Of a stretch of 64,000 nt of DNA, positions 1-12,839 are shown piece after piece. Positions within the stretch are counted from its first letter, which is position 1, and each line of letters begins with the position of its first letter. Source of the stretch: Eledone cirrhosa (taxonomy: Eukaryota); assembly GCA_964016885.1 (NCBI GenBank), contig OZ024759.1, positions 4,030,001 to 4,094,000 of the forward strand, read 5' to 3'. A program made the position numbers and the translations under genes. Below the pieces are notes generated by a model. The model worked only from the letters and a program-made list of their open reading frames with translations, made no database searches and had not been told where the DNA came from.

Positions 1-2350
1 TCACCACCAACCACCATTCGACCTGTTGGTACGTTGTCGGACCGCATGAAGTTCGTTTTCATGCTGTTCATCTTGAGGCCTACTGCAGAGCTTTTGATGT
101 CGAGCTCCGTCAGCATGGTCTGAAGCCGATCCGTGGTTTCAGCGATGAGTACGATGTCATCAGCGAAACGGAGGTGGGTAAGTATCTCCCCATTGATGGT
201 GACACCGCCTTGCCAGTCAATGCCTCTGATGATCTGCTCGAGACACGCGGTGAAAACTTTTGGAGAGATCGTATCTCCTTGCTTCACTCCCTTCTCGACC
301 GGCACTCGTACGGGTGATGACAGCAGAGCTGTGTCGGTGGTGCATCCGGAATTCGCCTCCTTGAGCAGTTGAACGTATTCTGCCTCGACTCCTTGCCTCT
401 GCAGCGAGTTCAGCACTGCGTTGATTTCGACGCTGTCGAAGGCCTTCTTGTAGTCTACGAACGCGACGCAAAGAGGCATCTTGTACTCTTTTGCTTGCTC
501 AAGCAGTTGTGTCAGAGTAAATATGTGGTCCATCGTGCTGTAGTTCTTCCGGAAGCCGGCTTGCTCTTTCGGTTGCGGTTCGTCCAGATGATGTGATAAC
601 CTGTTCAGGATTATCTTCGTGAACAGCTTGTACACGTGAGACAGCAGGAATATGGGTCAGTAGTTCTTCAGATCTTGTCTATCGCCCTTCTTTTATAGCA
701 GGATGGTATTCGACTCTTTCCACTGCGAGGGTATTCTTCCCTCGTCCAGATCGTGTGTGAATCGCTCGGCGAGGATTTTCCAGAGCTGTTCTCCGCCTGA
801 CTTCAACACCTCCGATGTTATTCCGTCTTTCCCTGGCGCCTTTCCGCTTTTCATTACACCGACGGCTCTTTCCACCTCACCGACAAGGATGGGTGGCACA
901 TTTTCTTCCTGTTGGAGTGACGGCAACGGCTGCACATTCCCGGCAGACTTGAAGAGCTTGGTGTAGAAGTCTTCGTAAATCTTTTCCATCTCATTCTTGT
1001 CGCTGACCGGTACTCCAGCTGTGTTCTTCAGGGTCGTCACCTCCGATCTGTACATTGCCATGTCCGTCTCGCATTTCTTGAGGCTCTTCTTTTCCTCTGC
1101 GGCCTTCAGGAGCTTCCCCATCCGGTATGCCTCGAAGTCTCTCTTCAGTTGCCGTATCACTCTGCTGAGAAGGGAATATTCGAGGTGATTTTCAGGTGTC
1201 CTCTTCATAATCTTCCTCTTCTCAAGCAACTTCATAGTTTCCTCCCAGACTCTTCCCTTCCGCTCCTTCGGGCACACACCCTTAGCCTTCCTCAAGCACT
1301 CCTTCAGTTTCCTTATCAGTGAGTCGTAGTCAGCGTCTATGCCGTCTCCTTTACACCACTTTTCCTGCATGATGGCTTCCTGCTGCTGCGCCTCGTTGAA
1401 GACCCAGACGCGTTCTCCCTTCGACGCCAAATGCAGCGCCTTCTTCTCCCTCGTCCGATCGATGACGACCTTCGGCCTCACCAGACGATGATCACTGCCA
1501 GTGTTAAATGGCGTTATGACGAAGACGTCCTGCAGTATACGTCGCTTGTCGACCAGGATGTAGTCGATCTCGTTTCCGTGCTCAGAATTTAGCGATACCC
1601 AGGTCCATCTTTTCTCCTCCTTCTTCCTGAATAGGCTGTTTCCGATGTAGAGCCGTCTCATCTCCGCCATGGTGACCAGACACTCTCCTCTCTCATTTCG
1701 ATCTCCTAGGCCGAATTTTCTTACATACTCTTCCCCTTGCCGTCCCTGTCCGACCTTTGCGTTGAAGTCCCCCATCACGACGGTGTAAGTGGACTTCACA
1801 GCTAGCACTTTGTCTAGCTGGCGATAGAATTCTTCCACTTCCTCGTCGTCGCGTAGGTCTGGATGATCTTGAGGGTGGCCTTCCCTGAGAGGTTTATGTT
1901 CAGTACACCAATCCGTGACGATATGAACTGGCAAGAAGTGACCTTCGAAGCCCATTCCTTGCTTACGATAAACCCTATACCAATCTGGCATCCTCTGCTT
2001 TCCCGAGTCTCACGGCGCATCCATCTTGCCATCGGGAATTCGCCTCCTTCTTCTGGCGGGTCTTGCACAGCCCTAACACGTCCCACCTGATCTTCTTCTT
2101 CTCCTCCATTAGGTGGTTCAGTCCTTGCCCCCTGCCAAAGACCTGCAGTTGTATGTGCATATGGCAAGGTTAGTCCTGTTCCATGGCGGCCTTCGGGAAC
2201 CTGCGATTCTTAGCAGCCTCTCGTCGCTCGGGTCGCACTCCGCCGTCATGGAGCAGCCCGATTGACTCGCAGGGTACTGAGGCCCTTTTCTTCGTGCTGT
2301 TTTAACCATAAGATGACGCCATCCCATTGGCTGGGCGGGCAGGCCGGTAC
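1..2350 (-). mobile_element. Decayed RTE-clade LINE (5' end, APE endonuclease, RT), runs off the left edge
   Basis: ICTYNCRSL, VMGDFNAKVG, EIDYIL, GSDHRLV (APE); KAPGKDGI, QAGFR, FVDYKKAFDSV, GVKQGDTISP, LRFADDIVL (RT); frameshifts near 2130/2000/1850 and in-frame stops at 693-695 and 657-659. Confidence 0.92.
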
Positions 2351-2445
2351 CTCTTCAGTTTAGCTAGCTTTTGAACTCTAGAAGATGATGAATCATCTCT
2401 AGGACCCAATTCGGGTCAAACAAATAAAAAAAAATATATATATAC

Positions 2446-2480
<35 letters not shown>

Positions 2481-2482
2481 CA

Positions 2483-2620
2483 TATACTTGGGGAGGTTCA
2501 TATTGTTGTAATAATATTGCCAGAAATAATAACAGAACACACTCACTGTTTGGTTGGTTTTCGCTTCTGTATCTTTTATATCTCCATAGTTAATTTATTT
2601 GGCAATCAAAGAACTTTGTT

Positions 2621-2696
<76 letters not shown>

Positions 2697-2822
2697 ACCA
2701 TTGGTCAATCAATGCCAAATAAATTAACTATGGAGATATAAAAGATACAGAAGCGAAAACCAACCAAACAGTGTTATTATTTCTGGCAATATTATTACAA
2801 CAATATGAACCTCCCCAAGTAT

Positions 2823-2823
<1 letters not shown>
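2483..2823. repeat. Inverted repeat (about 115-bp arms) around (TA)n
   Basis: 2483-2604 is the reverse complement of 2713-2823 apart from one short indel. Confidence 0.9.
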
Positions 2824-2891
<68 letters not shown>

Positions 2892-3004
2892 TATATACAC
2901 ACACACATATATATATACACACACACATATATATACACACACATATATATACACACACATATATATATACACACATATATATATATACATATATATATAT
3001 ACAC

Positions 3005-3341
3005 ATCATCATCATCATTCTACGTCCACTTTTCCCTGCTTGCAAGGGTGGGATGGGAACTGATCCTGGCTTGATTTCTACAGCTGGATGCCCTTCCTAA
3101 CACCAACCTCATTTACAGTGAGTGCTGGGTGCTTTTTTTGCCGTGGCACCTCCACGACCACTTTACAGTGGAATGATAGGGACCCCAGTCCCTATCATCT
3201 CATTTCTACAGCTGAGTAAACTGGAGCAATGTGAAATAAAGTGTCTTGCTCAAGGAAACAACGCATCACGTGGTCTGAGAATTGAACTCACAACCTTTCG
3301 ATTGCAAGGCCAATGCTCTAACTACTAAGCCATGTGCCTCC
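3005..3341 (-). mobile_element. Composite tRNA-SINE with LINE-derived 3' tail; further copies 41610-41945(+), 52310-52640(+), 53459-53796(-)
   Basis: A box TGGCTTAGTAG and B box GTTCAATTC head; 3' part shared with the LINE 3' UTR; (GAT)n tail; four near-identical copies. Confidence 0.85.
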
Positions 3342-3670
3342 ATTCATATATATATACATATATATATACACACACACATATATATCTAAGTCTAAAGTCT
3401 GTCTTAAGCCAGCAGGCTCATTTGGCCGGTGCTTATACCGGTTTCATGGCGTGAAGTGAGTGGGAGTACAAGACTACCCCCTGGACAGGATGCCAGTCCA
3501 TCGCAGGGTTAAACCTCCAGCTATTGCTGGTACACATTTTCAGCTGAGTAAACTGGAGCAACGTGAAATAAAGTGTCTTTCTCAAGGAAACAACACATCA
3601 CCCGGTCCAAGAATGGAACTCACACCTTTCGATTGAAAGCCTAATGCTCTAACCACTAAGCCATGTGCCT

Positions 3671-3754
<84 letters not shown>

Positions 3755-3973
3755 AGTATGTATGTATGTATACATACATACATATATGTATACAGACGTA
3801 TAGTAGTATGTATATATATACATACATGCACACATATATATATGTACGTATCAGTTTACCAAACATTTATTATAATGCTCGGTTTGTTTGTTTGTAAACA
3901 AACAAACAGCCCGAATTACGCCGTACAGTGTTTAGGCAACCACGTCACCTTTTTGTTCAACACTGACACAGGA

Positions 3974-4016
3974 ATGATGTACTAGTTTCAAGCTTATTAG
4001 CTATCGTCAGCATTGT
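3974..4016 (-). ncRNA. Minimal type I hammerhead ribozyme motif (Penelope-like), sense to the host gene
   Basis: acaaug CUGACGA uAGCU-aaua-AGCUu GAAAC UAG UA/caucau; palindromic stem III ACUAGU; short stem I. Confidence 0.7.
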
Positions 4017-4534
4017 ATACCTTCCTGCCAGATGGTTGAACGTCTGAAAGTATATACTTTCCTTATGCATATTAACGGCTGAGCAGCCTAATTTGCATAT
4101 CGAGTGAGATCAGTCGGCTGGGCACACCGAAAACGATAAATGGAATAGAATGAAACGAAATTTCATTTCTCACTCTTAGTAAGGCACTTACTTAAATGTA
4201 AGTATGTATGTATACGTACATACATATATGTATACAGACGTACAGTAGTATGTATATATATACATACATGCACACATATATATATGCACGTATCGGTTTA
4301 CCGAACATTTATTATAATGTTCGGTTTATTTGTTTGTAAACAAACAAACAGCCCGAATTACGCCGTACAGTGTTTAGGCAACCACGTCACCTTCGTTTCA
4401 TTCTATTCCATTTATCGTTTTCAGTGTGCCCGGCCGACTGAACTCACTCAATATGCAAATTAGGCTGCTCAGCCATTAATATGCATAAGGAAAGTATATA
4501 CTTTCAGATGTTCAACCATCTAGCAGGAAGGTAT

Positions 4535-4577
4535 ACGGTGCTGACGATAGCTAATAAGCTTGAAATGAGTACATTGT
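4535..4577 (+). ncRNA. Type I hammerhead motif, inverted partner copy
   Basis: acggug CUGACGA uAGCU-aaua-AGCUu GAAA ugaG UA/cauugu; 6-bp stem I, stem III mutated. Confidence 0.65.
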
Positions 4578-4904
4578 TCCTGTGTCAGTGTTGAACAAAA
4601 AGGTGACGTGGTTGCCTAAACATTGTACGGCGTAATTCGGGCTGTTTACAAACAAACAAACCGGACATTATAATAAATGTTCAGTAAACCGATACGTGCA
4701 TATATATATGTGTGCATGTATGTATATATATATATATATGTATATACATATATATATATATACACACACACACACAATTATATAGAACAATAAAATATGG
4801 CACCAGATGTTCAACCCAAGACCTTATGATTGAGAACAGCACACCTGTAACCTCTAAGCTATATATCTTCACACAGACTTTCTGATAAAGACAGAAGTAC
4901 CCAC

Positions 4905-5042
4905 CTGACTGACAGTTGTCTCCCCTGAAACCAGCTGCACATCCAACACTAGAACACACCCCAGATTTAATGTCGCAATGATCGTTGTCAGCACAGTGGC
5001 ACAAATACTGACAGTTCAAGCCAAAATAACCCTTTTTACATT
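4905..5042 (-). CDS. EGF-like exon E18
   Basis: CKKGYFGLNCQYLCHCADNDHCDIKSGVCSSVGCAAGFRGDNCQS; poly-T cag / GTGGGT, 138 bp. Confidence 0.92.
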
Positions 5043-5169
5043 CTGAAAAAAAAAAAAAAAGAAAATAGAATTATATACACAACATATATATAAAATTATA
5101 CACAATAACACATATATACAATTATACACAGCTATAACATACATATACACAATTATACATAACTATAAT

Positions 5170-5525
5170 GCCAATGTGCGTGAATGACCAAGCATAGACG
5201 AGTTGAGAAAGAAACTGGGTATAAGAGGGATAAGTTGTGGTGTGTAGGAGAGAAGGCTGAGCTGAGATGGTATGGACATGTGATGCGCATGGAGGATGAC
5301 CGCTGGGTAAAGAAGTGCCAAGAAATCCCAGTAGAAGGAAGACGCAGTAGAGGTAGACCATGAAAAACATGGGCGGAGGTGGTGAGAGAAGACCTCAAAT
5401 TGCTGAAACTCACGGAGGAGATGACAAGGGACCGTGACGAATGAAGAGATGCCATGCTTAATAAGACCCGTCCCACCCTTGCAAGCAGGGAAAAGCGGAC
5501 GTAAAATGATGATGATGATGATAAT
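5170..5525 (+). mobile_element. LINE 3' end fragment (RTE-type)
   Basis: WYGHVMRMEDDRWVKKC..EGRRSRGRP*KTW, related to the C-terminus of the 7.8-10.3 kb LINE; (GAT)n tail. Confidence 0.8.
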
Positions 5526-5708
5526 AATAAAATTATTGTGTACAGTGCTCAGGTGCACTACAACTCATCAATGGTGAATGTATAGTACATTAGTGAACAG
5601 ACAGTGAACAGTGTATGAGTCATGAGATACACACAGACACATGCATGCGTGTGTATGGAGGGGGAATATCAGGTGTAGTGTTGGCGAAAAAAAAAAATAA
5701 AAGGAAAT

Positions 5709-5765
5709 GCTTACAGCACCTAGGTTTCTCAAGTGGTTTCCCATCTAAGTACTAACTAGGCTCGA
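5709..5765 (-). pseudogene. 5S rRNA-derived fragment (3' half)
   Basis: Minus strand GCCTAGTTAGTACTTAGATGGGAAACCACTTGAGAAACCTAGGTGCTGTAAGC matches the eukaryotic 5S rRNA 3' half; followed by a T-tract. Confidence 0.8.
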
Positions 5766-6569
5766 GTCAAGATATATGTGTGTGTGTGTATGTATGTATG
5801 GAGGGGGAATATTAGGTGCAGGGTTGGCGAATTTCAGGCAACATGGAGGTTTTAAAGGATGCAGTGTCCCGGCAGCTAACAACTGATGCAGGTAGTTTGT
5901 TCCATGCTTCAGTGAATTTCAGGAAGCATGGAGGTTTTAAAGGATGCAGTGTCCTGGCAGCACACAACTGATGCGGGTAGTTTGTTCCATACTTCAGCAA
6001 ATTTTTATATATATTGATTGACCAACAGTTAAAAAATATAAATATAAATATAGTTTCTCAGAGTTTTTTCATCACATATCTGTGACATCATCAGTGATAT
6101 TTCTATGCTTGTCATATTCCTGTGATGTTTTCTTATTCTATTTTATTTATTTGCAGTAGTTCCAACGTAAAAGACTTTCATAATAGTTGATCACTATAAA
6201 TAACAGTTAGGAAAACCAGATAAAGTACATGTGGAGATAGAAAGAAGTAGACGGAGGGTCCTGTAAGGAACAGGTGCAAGTTTGCTTCCTTGCAAATACT
6301 TCTGTCTACATCTACCTTTCTCCTGAGATACTTTACTACCCACATTAACCTGTCACCTGTGGTCCATTACTGTCTACCAGGAATAATAATTGTTTCTACT
6401 TTAGGCACAAGGTCAGAAATTATCCAAGTGTATTACTGGTACTTTATTTTATCGACCCCGTAAGGATGAAAGGCAAAGTTAACTTCGGTGGGATTTGAAC
6501 TCAGATTGTAAAGGGACATAACTATGCTGGAAAGCACGGCATCCGACTCTCTACCGATACTGCCATAAT

Positions 6570-7465
6570 ACAGTTATACTAGTTAGAAGTAGAAATAAAA
6601 GACTATTAAACATATGTAGTCATTAATAATATAGTTATACTAGTTAGTAGTAAAAGTAAAAGAGTAATACACCTATGTAGCCATTAATAATATAGTTATA
6701 CTAGTTAGTAGTAAAAGTAAAAGAGTAATAAACCTATGTAGTCATTAATAATATAGTTATACTAGTTAGTAGTAAAAGTAAAAGAGTAATAAACCTATGT
6801 AGTCATTAATAATATAGTTATACTAGTTAGTAGTAAAAGTAATAGAGTAATAAACCTATGTAGTCATTAATAATATAGTTATACTAGTTAGTAGTAAAAG
6901 TAAAAGAGTATTAAACATATGTAGTCATTAATAATATAGTTATACTAGTTAGTAGTAAAAGTAAAAGAGTATTAAACATATGTAGTCATTAATAATATAG
7001 TTATACTAGTTAGTAGTAAAAGTGAAAGAGTAATACACCTATGTAGTCATTAATAATTTAGTTATACTAGTTAGTAGTAAAAGTGAAAGAGTAATACACC
7101 TATGTAGCCATTAATAATATAGTTATACTAGTTAGTAGTAAAAGTAAAAGAGTAATAAACCTATGTAGACATTAATAATATAGTTATACTAGTTAGTAGT
7201 AAACGTAAAAGAGTAATAAACATATGTAGACATTAATAATATAGTTATACTAGTAAGTAGTAAAAGTAAAAGAGTAATAAACCTATGTAGACATTAATAA
7301 TATAGTTATACTAGTTAGTAGTAAACGTAAAAGAGTAATAAACATATGTAGACATTAATAATATAGTTATACTAGTTAGTAGTAAAAGTAAAAGAGTAAT
7401 AAACATATGTAGACATTAATAATATAGTTATACTAGTTAGTAGTAAACGTAAAAGAGTATTAAAC
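6570..7465. repeat. 61-bp AT-rich minisatellite, about 14-15 copies
   Basis: Period 61; ends at the E17 donor. Confidence 0.92.
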
Positions 7466-7469
7466 CAAC

Positions 7470-7607
7470 CAGTTTGACAATCAGTTCCTATATAGCCTGG
7501 TTCACAGTTGCCCTCTTCACAAACACCATTGGTTCTGTTGCAGTATTTACTTTCTTCACAATGACAAACCTTTTGACAGTTAGACCCAAAAGTATTGCTT
7601 GGACAGA
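7470..7607 (-). CDS. EGF-like exon E17
   Basis: CPSNTFGSNCQKVCHCEESKYCNRTNGVCEEGNCEPGYIGTDCQT; ttcatccag / GTTGGT, 138 bp; not in ORF track. Confidence 0.92.
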
Positions 7608-7841
7608 CTGGATGAAATAAAGGATCAAACAGAAATTTAGTAAATTTAACCCTTTAGCATTTACATTACTTTATATATATATACTATTGTATTTTTACAG
7701 TAAACACTTTATCACATATTATGGAGTCTAGGAGATTTTGATGATGATATTATTTATTTTGAGAAGAATACCTTAATGTCAGTATTGGTGACCGGTTATT
7801 GAAAGAAGTCAATATATAACCCTTTAGCATTTACATTACTC

Positions 7842-10326
7842 ATAGACATTCAATGTAGAAGAGAACTGGGAGTTCCTAAAAAATAACTTACTAGAGGCGA
7901 CGGATGAGGTCTGTGGCTGGAGTAAGACCTCAAGCAGGAGGAGAGTGACTTGGTGGTGGAACAATAAGGTATATGAGGCAGTTAAGGCCAAGAGACAGGC
8001 ATGGAAAGAATGGAAGAACGGGGGGAGCAGGGTAAATTACATAGAGAACAAGAGGGAAGCTAGGCGACAAGTATACTTAGCTAGGAGGGAAGCAGAGGAT
8101 AGAAAATTCAAGCATGTTTTGCAATGTAAGGACCAGAAACAGGAGGTGTTCAAGATTGCGAGGCAGTGTGTCAGAGAGAATTGTGATGTCATTGGAGAGA
8201 AGTGTATCCGGAATGATAAAGGTGAGCTTGCCCTCACAAGTGCTGAGAAGAAAGATGCATGGAAGAGTCATTATGATAGATTACTAAATGAGGAGAATGC
8301 ATGAGAAGAAGAGACCCTACCCCAAGTAGACCCTATAGAGGGGCCAGCAGTACAAGTCAGCAGCAGCGTAGTAAGTAAGGCAATCAAAGATATGAAGATG
8401 GGGAAGGCAACCGGTCCATCGGGTATAGCTGCTGAGATGCTGAAGGCATCTGGGTCTGTAGGTCACACTATAACCACACGTATTGTTAACCAGGTAATAC
8501 TAGAAGGTGTCATACCAAAAGATTGGTGCAGTAGCATTATTGTCAACTGCTACAAAGGTAAAGGTGATGCACTAGATAGAGGAAACTATAGAGGTATAAA
8601 GCTGATGGACCAGGTCATGAAAGTAACAGAAAGAGTTATAGCACAGTTGATTAGGGACCGGGTGAAACTAGATGAGATGCAATTTGGGTTTGTACCAGGA
8701 AGAGGCACCACTGATGCCCTCTTCCTTGTGAGGCAGTACAGGAAAAGTACCTAGCTAAAAGCAAGCCACTCTACCTGCCATTTGTCGATCTCGAGAAAGC
8801 CTTTGACAGAGTTCCACGTGCTGTAATCTGATGGGCTCTTAGAAAACTAGGAGTAGATGAATGGCTTGTGAAAGCGGTACAAGCCATGTATAGGGGAGCA
8901 GTCAGCAAAGTTAGGATTAGCAATGAGTATAGCGAGGAATTTAGCGTACAGGTTGGGGTCCACCAGGGCTCTGTTCTTAGCCCCCTCCTGTTCATCATAG
9001 TCATGCAGGCAATAACGGAGGAGTTTAAGACCGGATGCCCATGGGAACTCCTGTATGCTGATGACCTCGCACTTATAGCTGAATCTATGGTAGAGCTAGA
9101 GAAGAAATTCCAAACTTGGAAGCAGGGACTAGAAAGAAAGGGTCTCAAAGTCAACATGATAAAGACTCAGGTCCTTTTAAGTAGACGAGAAAACAGAACC
9201 CAGATCCCCTCAGGGAAATGGCCTTGCTCAGTATGTAGGAAAGGTGTAGGTAGGAACTCCATTCCCTGCCCCAAATGCAAACAATGGGTACACAAGAGAT
9301 GTAGCGGGATCTCAGGAAGCTTAATTAAGAATGTAGGCTTCACATGCAGCAGCTGTGCTGGGACAGCACGCAGCAAAAAGCCACAGGAAACAAGTACCAC
9401 CAATCTCTCGGAGGGCTCTGTAGAAAGAGTAGACCGCTTCTGCTACCTAGGTGACCGAATTAGCAGCGGAGGTGGGTGTTCAGAAAGTACAATAACTAGG
9501 GTAAGAACGGGATGGAAGAAGCTTAGGGAACTACTACCACTACTAGCTGCAAAAGGCTTTTCCCTCAAAATGAAAGGCAGACTGTATGATGCGTGTATCC
9601 GAACAGCAATGTTGCATGGTAGTGAGACCTGGGCGCTGAAGGTGGAAGACTTATGTAGATTAGAGAGAAACGAAGCCTTCATGCTCCGATGGATGTGTAA
9701 CAGTAATATACGCGAACGACAAAGCATAAATGAATTGAGAGAGAGACTGAGCATAAGAGGAATCAAATGCTGTGTGCAGGAGAGGCAGTTGCGTTGGTAT
9801 GGACATGTGATGCGTATGAAGGATGACAGCTGCATAAAAAGGTGCAGAGCACTAGAAGTCGATGGAAACCGCGGAGTGGGGAGACCCAAGATGACCTGGG
9901 ATGAGGTGATAAAAACCGACCTTACCCAATTCCACCTCTCAAAGGCGATGACACATGACCGTGACCTCTGGCGTCTCGCAGAAATACAGAGTACCCGACC
10001 TCCCATGGGTACAAGCTGATGCATATAGACAATAAGCCCCCACACCCCCCACTTCAAGGTGGTCGTGGAGGTGCCACGGCAAAAAGCACCCAGCCCACAC
10101 TGTAAAGTGGACGTGTAGGCAACACGAAAAAGCACCCAGCACTCACTGTAAATGAGGTTGGTGTTAGGAAGGGCATCCAGCTGTAGAAATCAAGCCAAAT
10201 CAGTTCCTGTATGAGCAAAGCATAGTCAGCCGACCAGACACTGCCCACAACAGGACAACCCGTCTAACCCATGCTAGCGTGGAAGAACGGACGTAAAACG
10301 GTGATGATGATGATGATGATGATGAC
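7842..10326 (+). mobile_element. 5'-truncated RTE-type LINE with RT, embedded Cys/His zinc-finger-like motif and (GAT)n tail
   Basis: KATGPSGI, NYRGIKL, QFGFVPGRGTTDA, GVHQGSVLSP, LYADDL, CSVC..CPKC..HKRC..CSSC, LRWYGHVMR; stops at about 8302 and 8829, frameshift about 8740; inserted inside a TTAA-MITE. Confidence 0.92.
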
Positions 10327-10784
10327 TCTATATATACTATTGTATTTTCATGGTAAAGGCTTTACCTCACATAAGTATCTCATAATGTCGAATATATGAG
10401 ATTTTGATTTTATCTATTTTGAGAAGAATACCTTAATGTCAGTATGAGTGGCCAGTTATGGCCGGTTTCAACAGAAAGAGGTGAGAGGATTCTGGTCAGA
10501 TATGGCCGGTTTAAATGCTAAAGGGTTAAACACCCCAGTGTTGAAATGTGGTAGTGCTGGTGCCATGATCAAGTGCACCAAGCCTACACTGGAAAATGGA
10601 AGTGTTTGATGCTGTGATAAAATGCATCCAGCCCATACTGTAAAGTGTTAGTGTGGTACCATGATAAAAGTAGCAAGACCACCCTGGCATGTGGTAAAGG
10701 TGGTGCCATGAGGAAATGCACCCAGTACATGCTGTGAGGTAGTGTTAGGAAGGGCATCCAACAATAGAAACTATGCTAGAGAAA

Positions 10785-11438
10785 CACTGGCACACTTGGA
10801 AAATTAGAAGCACACAGGTACAGTGGGAACATCAGAGACACAGTGGGTACTCAAGAGGCACAATGGCTCACTGTGAACATCCAGAAGCACACTGGGATAT
10901 TAGAGGCATACTGGCATACTGGGAACATTGGAGCACAGTGGGAACATCAGAGGCACACTGGAATATCAGTGGACACTAGGTACATAGGAGGCATACTGAG
11001 AACATCAGAGGCTCACTGGGCACATCAGAGACACACTGGGAATACAAGAGGCACACTGGGAACATCAGAAGCACAGTAGGCACATCCGAGGCACACTAGG
11101 TATATCAGAGACACACTGGGAACACAAGAGGCAGACTGGGAACATCAGAAGCACAGTAGGTACATCAGAGGCACACTAGGTATATCAGAGACACACTGGG
11201 AACACAAGAGGCAGACTGGGAGCATCAGAGGCACACTAGGTATATCAGAGACACACTGGGAACACAAGAGGCAGACTGGGAGCATCAGAGGCACAGTTGG
11301 CACATCAGAGGCACACTGAGCACATCAGAGACACACTGGGAATACAAGAGGCATACTGGGAACATCAGAAGCAGAGTAGGTACACAAGAGGCAGACTGGG
11401 AACATCAGAGGCACACAGGGCACATCAGGAGGCACGCT
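10785..11438. repeat. Degenerate 20-bp minisatellite (GGCACACTGGGAACATCAGA), about 30 copies
   Basis: Visible periodicity; ends about 40 bp from the E16 donor. Confidence 0.85.
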
Positions 11439-11480
11439 GTTAATAAATGAACATTTACAGTTTAAAATAAGCATACTAAC

Positions 11481-11618
11481 AAGCTTGGCAGTCATGACCA
11501 GTAAAACCAGGTAGACACTTGTTGTTTGGACAGTGTCCAGTTTTAGGGTTACAGTTTGCACTGTCCTTGCATTTACAGGGATTTGAACAATGGACACCAA
11601 AATAACCAGCTTTACACA
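11481..11618 (-). CDS. EGF-like exon E16
   Basis: CKAGYFGVHCSNPCKCKDSANCNPKTGHCPNNKCLPGFTGHDCQA; ttttaacag / GTTAGT, 138 bp. Confidence 0.92.
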
Positions 11619-12839
11619 CTGTTAAAATAAAACAAACAAGTAGAAATATCTAACATTACTTTACAAATATATACAGGGTGCAGCATAAATACTGTTACAA
11701 AATATCAAATGAGTTTAAGTCATAATATTAATTACTTTATGCTTTGCAGCATAGAGTTACGGCCCTTTATGATCTGAGTTCAAATCCCGCCCAGATTAAC
11801 TTTGCCATTCATCCTTACTGGGTCGATAAAATAAAGTACCAGTCACACACAGGGAGCGCTTTAATAGACCCCCCCCCCACAAATTTCTGGCCTTATGCTT
11901 ATATAAGAAACCAATAATAATTACTTTATTATTGATCTGATTGCTCAAATATTAACCTAATACTATATACTAACTGTTTTGGGGGTTATATAAGGATTCA
12001 TTGCACATTTTTTCATGTTCAGAGTTGCTGAAGCATGGAACAAATTACCTGCATCAGTTGTTAGCTACTGGGACACTACATCCTTTAAAACCTCCATGCT
12101 TCCTGAAATTCGCCAACACTACACCTGATATCCCCCTTCCATACACACGCATGCATGTGTGTGTATTTCATGACTCATACACTGTTCACTTTCCTGACCT
12201 TTATACATTATTCTATGTACTATATATGCACCTGAGCAGTGTACACAATAATTTCATTATTATTATTATTTAAATGTCCTTAGAATTGAAAGGAAAATTC
12301 ATAATTGGACAGCATGAAAAAAAGTAGACTCCACCTCAGATTTTTATAACTGGAAAACAGCTTGAAATTAACAGAATGCTCATAAAAAGGACCATTGATC
12401 ACTTCAAAGAAACTTCCTCAACAAAAGCCAAGATCAGGACGTCCTAGCACCTTCTGAACACCAAAACTAATCAAATACATGCATGAGAAAATCAGATGTA
12501 AGCCAAAAAGATTCATGAGAAAAATGGTGAAAGAGGCCGAAATTTCAGAGAGATCCATGAGGAGGCTATGTAAAGATGATCTCGAGATGTGAGAACAAAA
12601 GGAAAGCATATCAAATAAGATTGCATGGTGTTAATAAACATTTTATTAATTACATTGTGCCACAATTGTAGCTAGGTACAATAAATATTGAAGGAGTTAT
12701 AAGCATTTTATTTTGTAACAGTATTTATGCCGTACTATGTAGTATTATGTGGTCAGAAACTCTCAAGAAAGTTGGACAGGAGAAGGTCACCAGAGAAGAA
12801 CCACCCTCTCACCTCATGCAAGGGTTTCAGCCATTAACC

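Larger units (their letters stand above)
3753..4735. mobile_element. Penelope-like pseudo-LTR remnant: direct plus inverted duplication in (TA)n
   Basis: 3753-3950 repeated directly at 4198-4392; about 3810-4157 inverted at 4393-4735; hammerhead motif in both arms. Confidence 0.65.

Noticed and set aside
3250-3341. tRNA gene
   Set aside because: A/B boxes belong to a SINE head; no convincing cloverleaf and several dispersed copies with SINE bodies
2364-3985. YI/CV-rich short ORFs
   Set aside because: Translations of (TA)n and (CA)n microsatellites
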